From: an uncultured Clostridia bacterium
GTDB taxonomy: Bacteria > Bacillota > Clostridia > Christensenellales > UBA1242
Direction: 5' to 3'
NCBI GenBank assembly: GCA_944376845.1
Contig: CALWDZ010000001.1
Span: 66,863-130,862, forward strand
Length of the DNA: 64,000 nucleotides
This document shows positions 56,357-64,000 of the stretch, one piece after another; position 1 is the first letter of the stretch; the number at the start of each line of letters is the position of its first letter. The position numbers and the translations under genes are program-made. Below the pieces are notes generated by a model. That model was not told the DNA's origin, ran no database searches, and saw only the letters and a list, made by a program, of their open reading frames with translations.

Positions 56357-56501
56357 GTCACTCTGATTTTTATGTCACTCTGAGGAGCGGAGCGACGTGA
56401 GGGATGTCATGCTGACCTTTGCCTACCTGACGGAGAGGAAGCATCTCTTTTGTTTGAGATTCTTCGTCAGCCATCTCTGCGGGTCGAGGCTCAGAATGAC
56501 A
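56357..56501. repeat. Family-A repeat cluster (forward units at 56357-56404, reverse unit at 56456-56501)
   Basis: TGTCACTCTGA, then TGTCACTCTGAGGAGCGGAGCGACGTGAGGGA, then TGTCATGCTGACC, and finally GAGATTCTTCGTCAGCC...GGCTCAGAATGACA. Confidence 0.8.
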
Positions 56502-56517
56502 AAAGATGATACTTTAT

Positions 56518-57717
56518 CTATTCCATAACATCATAATAAATAGATTGCAACGCTTTTGCATCATAAAGAGTTGGCACTGGATAAAGTGGATTTGCTTCCT
56601 TGTCCGCAGTCCTAGCAAGTGCTGGTATATCTTCAAGTTGAATTTGAGAAATTTTTGTTCCTATATTCATATCTTTGTTAAGTTTTTCTATCTTCTCTAT
56701 AAATTGCTGTGCACACTCCTCACCTGAAAGTGTTTTATCACAAAGATTAAGTGCAAGACAAATTTTTTGTAATTTTTTGTATATACTTTTGCCATATTTT
56801 TTTAGTACAACAGGAAGGAGTATTGCATTTGCCTCACCGTGTGCAACATTGTATTTGCCACCAAGCGAGTGTGCAACAGCATGTACATATCCAACATAAC
56901 TTTGAGTGAACGCAAGCCCTGCAAGATAGGAGGCTTTTAGCATATTTTTGCGTGCGTTTAAATTTTTGCCGTCTTTGTAAACAACTAAAATATTATCAAA
57001 AATAAGTCTTATAGCATTAAGTGCATATTCTCGCGTCTTTTTTGTTGTGCTTTTGCCGATGTAAGCCTCAACAGCATGAGTGAGTGCATCCATACCCGTT
57101 GTCGCTGTAATTTTTGGTGGTAGTCCAAGAGTTAAACTTGCGTCAAGTATTGCATATGACGGAATTAGTACAAAGTCATTTATGGCATATTTATGTCTTG
57201 TTTGGCTGTCAGTAATAACGCTTGCTATCGTGGTTTCACTGCCCGTACCTGCTGTGGTTGGAATGGCAAAAATAAGTGGGGTTTTCTTTCTTACTTTTAA
57301 AATACCTTCCATTTTTCCAAGGTCTTTATTTGGCCTTGCAATTTTTGCACCTATCGCCTTTGCACAGTCCATAATAGAACCACCACCAAGTGCAATGATT
57401 GCTTGACAGACATTATTCTTATACATTTCAAGCCCTGCCAAAACATTATCAGTTGTTGGATTTGGAACAGTTTTATCATATACAAAATATTTAATATTTT
57501 CTTTGTCAAGTTGCTCAGAAAGTTCTTTTGTGAGCCCAAGTTCAATTAGCGTTTTGTCTGCCACAAGCAAAACGTTTTTTATATCATTATTTTTTAGTAC
57601 ATCACAAAGTGATGCATAGTTTGTCAAAATTTTTGGTTGCCTATATGGCAAAAATGGCATTGCCACTTTTAAAGCAAATTGGTATGTTCTACAATATATC
57701 TTTTTAAAAATGTTCAT
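56518..57717 (-). CDS. Iron-containing alcohol dehydrogenase
   Basis: ALGGGSIMDCAKAIG, TTAGTGSETT, and metal-binding His motifs ALTHAVEAY and GYVHAVAHSLGGKYNVAHG. Confidence 0.9.
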   Translation of the reverse strand: MNIFKKIYCRTYQFALKVAMPFLPYRQPKILTNYASLCDVLKNNDIKNVLLVADKTLIELGLTKELSEQLDKENIKYFVYDKTVPNPTTDNVLAGLEMYKNNVCQAIIALGGGSIMDCAKAIGAKIARPNKDLGKMEGILKVRKKTPLIFAIPTTAGTGSETTIASVITDSQTRHKYAINDFVLIPSYAILDASLTLGLPPKITATTGMDALTHAVEAYIGKSTTKKTREYALNAIRLIFDNILVVYKDGKNLNARKNMLKASYLAGLAFTQSYVGYVHAVAHSLGGKYNVAHGEANAILLPVVLKKYGKSIYKKLQKICLALNLCDKTLSGEECAQQFIEKIEKLNKDMNIGTKISQIQLEDIPALARTADKEANPLYPVPTLYDAKALQSIYYDVME

Positions 57718-57726
57718 ATTATTCTC

Positions 57727-58779
57727 CTAACAAAGTGGTACAACAGACTTTGCTGTAAGGTCAAGGTCTGCAATTTCTTTTGTGTTTATTAGTTGATAGT
57801 ACGCATAGGATCCAATCATGGCACCATTATCGGTACAAAGTTTAAGGCTTGGAAAATAAAGTTTTATGCCTTCGCTTTCACACATTTTACTAAGTTTTTC
57901 TTGAAGTTTTGAATTAGCACCAACTCCACCAGCAATTACAAGCGTATCTCGGTTTAAGTCTTTTACTGCTTTTACCGCTTTGCTTGCCAATTCGTCAGTG
58001 ACAACCTTTTGAAAACTTGCAGAAATATCGGCTTGATTTATTTCTTCACCTTTTTGCTCTTTTTTGTGCACATAATTTATAACCGCCGTCTTTATTCCGC
58101 TGAAACTAAAATTATATGAATTTTCAAGTGTATATTTGTGCCTAAATTCAATATCTTCTTTGCCCTGTTTCGCCATTTTGTCTATCTTAGGCCCACCTGG
58201 GTAACCAAGTCCAATAACTCTTGCAACTTTGTCGAATGCTTCACCTACTGCATCGTCAATGGTTGTCCCGATAAGTTTTAGATGCGTATAATCCACAACA
58301 TCCAAAATTGCAGTGTGCCCACCACTAACAAGCAAGCAAACAAAAGGTGGCTTTAAGTCACTATGTGATGCATAGTTTGCTGCAATATGTCCTTTTATGT
58401 GGCTCACTGCTATTAGTGGTTTATGCGACATATACGCAAGCCCTTTTGCAAAACTTATACCAACAAGTAATGCCCCTAAGAGCCCCGCACCATAAGTGAC
58501 TGCAATGGCATCAATATCGTCCAAAGTACAATTTGCCAAACCCAGTGCCTGCCTTGTAACATTTGAAATGGCTGTTATATGGTTTCTTGATGCAATCTCT
58601 GGCACAACCCCACCAAAGCGTGTGTGAATATCTATTTGCGATGCAATAACATTTGAAAGCACATTTCTACCATTTTCAACCACTGCAACACTTGTTTCGT
58701 CACAACTAGATTCTATGGCAAGTATCTTTACACTCTCTTTATTTTTTAATTTGTTCAATAACTCTTCTGAAATCTGCAT
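57727..58779 (-). CDS. tsaD: tRNA N6-adenosine threonylcarbamoyltransferase
   Basis: [29 protein letters not shown], and [11 protein letters not shown]...[14 protein letters not shown]. Confidence 0.93.
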   Translation of the reverse strand: MQISEELLNKLKNKESVKILAIESSCDETSVAVVENGRNVLSNVIASQIDIHTRFGGVVPEIASRNHITAISNVTRQALGLANCTLDDIDAIAVTYGAGLLGALLVGISFAKGLAYMSHKPLIAVSHIKGHIAANYASHSDLKPPFVCLLVSGGHTAILDVVDYTHLKLIGTTIDDAVGEAFDKVARVIGLGYPGGPKIDKMAKQGKEDIEFRHKYTLENSYNFSFSGIKTAVINYVHKKEQKGEEINQADISASFQKVVTDELASKAVKAVKDLNRDTLVIAGGVGANSKLQEKLSKMCESEGIKLYFPSLKLCTDNGAMIGSYAYYQLINTKEIADLDLTAKSVVPLC

Positions 58780-58790
58780 AACCTTTTCCC

Positions 58791-59892
58791 TTAATTACTC
58801 TTTATCAAATAGTCGTTAATAAATGGTTGAATGTTGCCATTCATCACATCTTGAATATTAGATGTTTCATAACCTGTTCTATGGTCTTTTACAAGTGTGT
58901 ATGGACAAAATACATAACTTCGTATTTGACTTCCCCACTCTATCTTTTTTATCTCGCCCTTAATTTCAGACAATTTTTGCATCTCTTCTTCTTCTTGTCT
59001 TTCAATAAGTTTACTATAAAGCATTTTCATTGCTGTTTCACGATTTTGAATTTGGCTTCTTTCTGTTTGACAACTAACAACAATACCTGTTGGAATGTGC
59101 GTTATACGTATGGCACTTTCAGTTTTGTTTATATGCTGTCCACCTGCACCGCTTGACCTAAACGTGTCCACTTTTAAATCTTCTGGCTTAATTTCTATCT
59201 CTGGACTGCTATCAATTTCTGGCATAACTTCCACACTTGCAAAACTTGTATGACGCCTTGCACCTGCATCAAATGGTGAAATTCTTACAAGCCTATGCAC
59301 ACCCTTTTCGCATTTTAAATAGCCATAGGCATTTTCTCCGCTCACCAAAAAAGTAATACTTTTTATTCCTGCTTCATCTCCAGGGAGCTCATCAAGCACA
59401 TTTATGTCATAGCCACGTTTTTCTGCATACATACTGTACATTCTAAAAAGCATTTCCGTCCAATCTTGCGCTTCTGTTCCACCTGCACCGGAATGTAATG
59501 TCATAATTGCGTTGTAACTATCATATTTCCCGCTAAGCAATGTTTCAATTTTAAAGTCTTCAAGTTCACTTTTGGCAAGGGAAAGTTTGTCTTGTAAATC
59601 TTTTTCTAAACTTTCATCATCTTCAAGTTCTAAAAGTTCTATTATGGTATCAATATCTGAAAGTAAATTTTCAAGTTTTTCAACATTTTCAAGTTTTGTG
59701 GTAACATTTTTAAGTTCTTGCCCAATCTTTTTGCTTTCTTTTTGATTAGAAAAAAACTTCGGGTCTTGTTGTTTTTTTTCAAGTTCGGCTTTTTTATTAT
59801 TTAATTTTGTGAGGTCAAAGACACTCCTTTATGAGTTTAAGGTTTTGTTTGTTTTTTTCTTGCTCATCTTTAATATTTTGAATTATTAACAT
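58791..59892 (-). CDS. prfB: Peptide chain release factor 2, expressed via a programmed +1 frameshift: join(59892..59818, 59816..58791)
   Basis: Frame 0 reads [25 protein letters not shown] then UGA. After the +1 shift it reads [22 protein letters not shown]...[25 protein letters not shown]...[19 protein letters not shown] (SPF-type region and GGQ motif). GGAGAA lies 4 nt before the ATG at 59892. Confidence 0.92.
59814..59829 (-). promoter_or_regulatory. prfB +1 frameshift site
   Basis: Minus strand: AAGGAG TGT CTT TGA C. This is an internal SD-like element 3 nt before the slippery CUU and the in-frame UGA, followed by C. Confidence 0.9.
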
Positions 59893-60014
59893 ACTATTCT
59901 CCTAAAACAAATAGATTTTAGCATTTATACACTTATTCGTCAAACAATCAAAATAAAAACACAGCATATGAGAAAAACCTTGCAAAAATTGACATAATAA
60001 GATAAAATACTGAT

Positions 60015-60701
60015 ATGAAAAAATTTTTACTAACAGTTTTTCTATGTGCTATGGCAGTTTTAGGAGTTTTTAACCCAAATGTGTTAAATCTTTCATATGC
60101 CGATGATATTGCAAGTGTCACAGTTCTCACTCCAACACCACTTTATAAACAAGCAAGCATAAAAAGTGATTTGTATACATCTAATTTGCCAGTTGGCACA
60201 GTTCTTACGCTTGACAACACATCGCCACAAAATGACGAAACATTTTATAGGGTTTTGGTGTATGGAGTAGTTGATGGAGCAAGTCAAGACGATGTCGGCT
60301 ATGTATTAAGAGCACATACACTTGATAGTACAATTACATCACCTTCAAGAACACTTGACGATAACGGTAAAATTAAAAATGACAACACCCCAGTTTATGA
60401 AAGAGTGCAAGTGCCCGAAACTAATAATTATGTATACAATAAAGTTGAAAATATAATATTAAGTAAAGACACACCTATTCAAGTACTTGATGGCTATGAC
60501 AAAAATAAAGAATACACCTACATTGCCTTTTATGGTGAAAGTGGAGATATTGTAAGATACTATGTTGAAACAAGTAACTTGAGTGTGCCAGGCATAAATT
60601 GGTCAATTATTGTAGCAATTTCGACACTTATCACTTGTGTAACTATACTCGCAATAATTTTTGGAATAAAAGGTAGAAAAAAGAAAAAAGTTGACGCCTA
60701 A
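60015..60701 (+). CDS. Secreted, C-terminally membrane-anchored protein with two SH3-like repeats (putative)
   Basis: Signal peptide MKKFLLTVFLCAMAVLGVFNPNVLNLSYA. Two similar segments follow (TPLYKQASIKSD...VGTVLTLD...FYRVLVYG and TPVYERVQV...DTPIQVLDGYD...YTYIAFYG). The C-terminal TM segment is followed by KGRKKKK. Confidence 0.5.
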   Translation: MKKFLLTVFLCAMAVLGVFNPNVLNLSYADDIASVTVLTPTPLYKQASIKSDLYTSNLPVGTVLTLDNTSPQNDETFYRVLVYGVVDGASQDDVGYVLRAHTLDSTITSPSRTLDDNGKIKNDNTPVYERVQVPETNNYVYNKVENIILSKDTPIQVLDGYDKNKEYTYIAFYGESGDIVRYYVETSNLSVPGINWSIIVAISTLITCVTILAIIFGIKGRKKKKVDA

Positions 60702-60714
60702 TGTCAACTTTTTT
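60684..60714. terminator. Bidirectional terminator shared by convergent genes
   Basis: AAAAAAGTTGAC-GCCTAAT-GTCAACTTTTTT. The stem includes both stop codons. Confidence 0.7.
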
Positions 60715-61441
60715 TTGCACTTATAAATAAGAAATATGGTCTATCATTTTGATAAGCATATTTTGGCTCTTTTTTTATTGCTTCTTCATCGGCATAACTT
60801 TCCATAACTTTTGTAATGATAAAACCATGACGAATTAGTGTGTTTATAATCTCACTAAAATTTCTGTGGTATTTTATAACACCAGAAACATTCCACTTAA
60901 CCACACGTTTACCAATATTGTTATAATCACTTAAAAGATAGTATCTTTTGCCATGTATATCTATTTTATTATCTATTCTCTCGTTTTTTGGTGACTTAAA
61001 AGCTGTAGCAACTGGATGTTCTTGAGAAAATATAAGTTCTCCTCCACTAATCAATAACTTACTTATATCTCCTATAAGTTTATCAAAATCTTCAACATAA
61101 TGAAAAGCGAGCGAACTCGTTACAATATCAAATTTGTCATTCAGTTTGCCTAAATTTTCCATTGGTAAATTAAGATAAGTTATACCATCATTGCAGTTTT
61201 TTGCTACGTTAAGCATATTTTTTGAACAATCAATACCCATAACAAAACTTGCACCTTCACTTTTGGCAAGTCTACAAAACTCCCCCGTCCCGCAACCAAG
61301 GTCAAGAATGCGTTTGCCCCGCAGCATTGGCAACATAGAATTAAAAATCGGTTGTTCTATAAGTTTATTTGCATTTATATCTTTTGAACGCATTTCCTCG
61401 TATTCTTTAAAAAATACTTTGTTATCATATATATTTTGCAT
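60704..61441 (-). CDS. Class I SAM-dependent methyltransferase
   Basis: RILDLGCGTGEF (motif I), and FDIVTSSLAFHYV. Confidence 0.85.
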   Translation of the reverse strand: MQNIYDNKVFFKEYEEMRSKDINANKLIEQPIFNSMLPMLRGKRILDLGCGTGEFCRLAKSEGASFVMGIDCSKNMLNVAKNCNDGITYLNLPMENLGKLNDKFDIVTSSLAFHYVEDFDKLIGDISKLLISGGELIFSQEHPVATAFKSPKNERIDNKIDIHGKRYYLLSDYNNIGKRVVKWNVSGVIKYHRNFSEIINTLIRHGFIITKVMESYADEEAIKKEPKYAYQNDRPYFLFISAKKS

Positions 61442-61498
61442 GGCACACCTTTTTAAAAATTTAACACAATAAAGTCAAATAGTCAAATTTTACAAACA

Positions 61499-61524
61499 CA
61501 AGGTTGGCGAGCCTTGTTTTTTTT
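61499..61524 (+). terminator. Hairpin plus T8, oriented for the plus strand in a minus-strand gene context
   Basis: CAAGGTT-GGCG-AGCCTTG (includes one G-U pair), followed by TTTTTTTT. Confidence 0.35.
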
Positions 61525-61528
61525 ATGC

Positions 61529-62866
61529 TTATTTATGATTAAAAAACATTACAAAATATATTGGCAAATAAGTTATATTATTCTTTACATAAATTTCTCT
61601 CTCATTTGATAATACAAAACTAAATTTTATTCCGTAATCTTCATTTGACATAAGATTATTAAGTGCACTATGAATTGTGTAATCTTTACCAGATTTCACT
61701 TCTATTGGCATAATTGAAAGATTGGAATAATTATCGATTAAAAAGTCAACTTCACCTTTTGCCTTATTATCGTAATAATATAGGTCGTAGCCGTGTGCCT
61801 TTAATTCACTTGCCACAACACATTCGTAAACGCTACCTAAGTTTACACTTTTTTCATCACCTAAAATTGCATTTATATTTGACTTATATAAAATGTTTGT
61901 TAAAAGTCCAACATCATTCAAATACAACTTTAACAAATTTTTTGCACTTGATTGCACGAGTGGAAATGTCGGATTTGAAATAGCTCTAACTTCAAGAGCA
62001 ATACCAGAGTTTATTAGATAATCAAATTCGTCTTTATAATTTGATGCTCTTTTCCCTTTTTTATTTTCAATTTCTTGAATTCTAACTCTCTTTTTCTTGT
62101 TTTCTAAGTTAGACGGAATCATCTCATATATTCGCCTAATTTTAAGTTTATTTTCACTATCATATTTCGATGCGTCAAGTGCATAAAAACGATGAATTTC
62201 CTCTTGAATTTTTCTTATGTTGTAAATATTAAAACTATCTAAGTATGAATTTACAGCATCAGGCAAACCACCAACAATAAGATATTTTTTAAACATATCC
62301 ATTATTTTATTGTGAGTTTGAATATCCAAACTCTCTTTTTTTTCAAACTTTTGTTCAAGTGATTGAATGGCATAATCGTTTAGTCCGTTAGCAATCAAAA
62401 ACTCTTCAAAATCAAGTGGATACATATGCATAAGTTCAATACTGCCAATGGGAATAGATGTTGTATTTGCAAGTGTTACACCAAGCAATGAACCACTAGC
62501 AATATACGTAAATTTATCTTCACTTTTTAAAAATTTTAATAGTGTCAAAAGATGAGGATAAACCTGAATTTCATCTAGAAAAACAAGAGTATTTTCTTTT
62601 TGTTGCATTTTGTTTCCAGCGATAATGCTTAACTGTAAATAAAAATCTTGAGTAGTACGAGCATTTTCAAATAGTCTATCCTTTAAATAATCTTCAAGCA
62701 GGTTTATTTCAATGTAGTTTTTAAATAACTTTTGACCTACATGCCTAATTATGAAAGATTTTCCGACTTGTCTAGCACCATCAACAATCATAACTTTATT
62801 TGAATTACTTTTTAAATGTTGTTCAATTATCTTTTCAATTTTTCTATATAACATACCAAAACCCAC
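61529..62866 (-). CDS. AAA-family ATPase with a DUF4143-type C-terminal domain
   Basis: Walker A VDGARQVGKSF, Walker B LVFLDEIQ, and the C-terminal ...LYLNDVGLL...PIEVKSGKDY. Confidence 0.8.
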   Translation of the reverse strand: MGFGMLYRKIEKIIEQHLKSNSNKVMIVDGARQVGKSFIIRHVGQKLFKNYIEINLLEDYLKDRLFENARTTQDFYLQLSIIAGNKMQQKENTLVFLDEIQVYPHLLTLLKFLKSEDKFTYIASGSLLGVTLANTTSIPIGSIELMHMYPLDFEEFLIANGLNDYAIQSLEQKFEKKESLDIQTHNKIMDMFKKYLIVGGLPDAVNSYLDSFNIYNIRKIQEEIHRFYALDASKYDSENKLKIRRIYEMIPSNLENKKKRVRIQEIENKKGKRASNYKDEFDYLINSGIALEVRAISNPTFPLVQSSAKNLLKLYLNDVGLLTNILYKSNINAILGDEKSVNLGSVYECVVASELKAHGYDLYYYDNKAKGEVDFLIDNYSNLSIMPIEVKSGKDYTIHSALNNLMSNEDYGIKFSFVLSNEREIYVKNNITYLPIYFVMFFNHK

Positions 62867-63038
62867 ACTTTTCTAATGTTTTTTGAATAAAAAATATACA
62901 CTTTTCTATATAATAATTATCAAAAATTTAACATAAAGTCAATAAAATATGTAAAAATTTTTTGATTTCGATACATCTAATAAAGAATTAGATGGTCCAA
63001 AAATTGTGGCAATTTTGACATAAATTTTGTCATCATCT

Positions 63039-63175
63039 TGTCATTCTAAGGAGCGAAGCGACGAAGAATCTAACACATGAGACTCTTCGTCAGCCGTCAA
63101 GTAAGCGGTTCTCAGAGTGACTATCAGAGTGACTAAAAGGTTTTGTCATTCTGAGCGAAGCGAAGAATCTCGAAG
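63039..63175. repeat. Family-A repeat cluster (forward 63039-63071, reverse 63079-63132, forward 63144-63175)
   Basis: TGTCATTCTAAGGAGCGAAGCGACGAAGAATCT, then GAGACTCTTCGTCAGCC...GTTCTCAGAGTGAC-TATCAGAGTGAC, then TGTCATTCTGAGCGAAGCGAAGAATCTCGAAG. It generates the CHSERSEES peptide of track ORF 63117-63302. Confidence 0.85.
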
Positions 63176-63316
63176 TATAGAAATGCTTCTTATGATGACG
63201 CAATGTGTCAGGTTTTGCTCAAACAAATGGTATATCTGTTTTGTAGAAAATAATCGCCATATTTTATACAAAACATTTATATATACAAAAAAATTTTCAT
63301 AATAGGAGAGAGTAAT

Positions 63317-63973
63317 ATGAAAAGAAAATTTAAATTATTTGCAACAGTAGCATCACTTTGCCTTTCTGTTGCACTTATGGCTTTCGGTGTTTATGCGGCC
63401 GCTCAAGTAACCTATAAGGTAGATGGTAGTGTTAGTTACACAGTAAAGAATGCTCTTGTAACTGTAACAACTACAGCAGAATATATGGTTACAGAAGAAA
63501 GCGGTTCTACTGGAGTAACCCAAGGAAATGCTGGAACAAATGTAACAACCGAATTTGTAACAGGCAAATTCTATAAGGCTGCTGATACTTCCGCAGTAAC
63601 TGGTGGCGAAGCATGGAATTCTTATGAAAGCACTGGACTTCTTAAAGAAGATCCAAACGGAACAGCTAGCATAAATGTTGATTTCAACACTTCAACAGTT
63701 TGGAAAATAACAATCAATGTTAAGACTATAAACGAAAGCGGCGTATATGTTGCATTGGATGATGAAACATTCGGACTTGCAGGTACAGAAAATTATGGTG
63801 TAGTTGAAGCAAGCGACTATCATACAGCAGGAACTCAAGTAACTAAGGATGATTCTGGAAAAGATTTTGTATTCTATGTATTCCTTAAAGACGTTAAAAT
63901 AAATACTACTGTTGAAGAGGCATTTAGTATCTTGTTGAACATAGACCAAGATCAGGCAGAAGTAATTGCATAA
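63317..63973 (+). CDS. Secreted protein with a TasA/camelysin-style (SipW-type) signal peptide (putative)
   Basis: MKRKFKLFATVASLCLSVALMAFGVYAAAQ resembles the K/R-rich, long-hydrophobic, G-x-Y/W-A signal of SipW substrates. The body is Thr/Val-rich and beta-type. AGGAGAG lies 6 nt upstream. Confidence 0.4.
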   Translation: MKRKFKLFATVASLCLSVALMAFGVYAAAQVTYKVDGSVSYTVKNALVTVTTTAEYMVTEESGSTGVTQGNAGTNVTTEFVTGKFYKAADTSAVTGGEAWNSYESTGLLKEDPNGTASINVDFNTSTVWKITINVKTINESGVYVALDDETFGLAGTENYGVVEASDYHTAGTQVTKDDSGKDFVFYVFLKDVKINTTVEEAFSILLNIDQDQAEVIA

Positions 63974-64000
63974 GTTTGATTAACTAAAAAAAACAAGGTT

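Noticed and set aside
59948-60130. 60-aa minus-strand ORF between prfB and the SH3-like protein gene
   Set aside because: It overlaps the start and signal peptide of the plus-strand gene, has no RBS, and is hydrophobic junk.
1-64000. Alternative genetic code (UGA = Trp, as in Mollicutes-like low-GC lineages)
   Set aside because: Conserved genes such as uvrA, uvrB and mfd give full-length products with the standard code and use TGG for Trp. prfB is present with a UGA-based autoregulatory frameshift, which only makes sense if UGA is a stop.

Overview
This 64-kb window comes from a low-GC, standard-genetic-code chromosome of the Bacillota type, in an endospore-forming lineage.

**Conserved backbone (mostly minus strand):**
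- spoIIID, a SpoIIQ-like M23 peptidase and a YwmB-like protein
- a PrsA-like lipoprotein, mfd, pth and a degenerate GlmU-like gene
- uvrA and uvrB, valS, a tRNA-Ile(GAU) gene, an aldehyde dehydrogenase, glf, an ABC-F ATPase and hisS
- an Fe-alcohol dehydrogenase, tsaD and prfB, which keeps the classical CUU UGA C +1 frameshift

**Giant open frame missing from the ORF track.** The first 10.8 kb is a single minus-strand open frame of more than 3597 codons. It starts at the ATG at 10792 and runs off the window start, so the supplied ORF track does not list it. It encodes a giant lipoprotein or secreted surface protein with GLUG-like, beta-helix-type repeats.

**Accessory or unusual content:**
1. 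A compact plus-strand three-gene operon (PHP phosphoesterase, 281-aa protein with a possible His-Me/HNH-like motif, 110-aa protein) sits with a ygjV-like gene between uvrA and uvrB. This is my best candidate for an undescribed system.
2. The tRNA-Ile locus has a 100-nt periodicity. Two 3'-truncated copies lie upstream of the intact gene and a 15-nt 3'-end copy lies downstream.
3. A roughly 5.6-kb decayed island follows the tRNA locus. It holds a DUF4143 ATPase fragment, two RHS/YD core fragments without toxin domains, XRE remnants, and an ECF sigma / anti-sigma / C39-like lipoprotein module.
4. Two interspersed non-coding repeat families are present. One is a short hairpin unit (GTCATTCTGAGCGAAGCGAAGAATC type) at four loci. 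The other is a roughly 161-nt highly structured element in two near-identical copies.
5. Several decay scars are visible: a carboxymuconolactone decarboxylase (CMD) remnant, HAD-family hydrolase fragments, and a dead GlmU-like gene.

All calls are by eye from motifs and hand translation. No searches were run.
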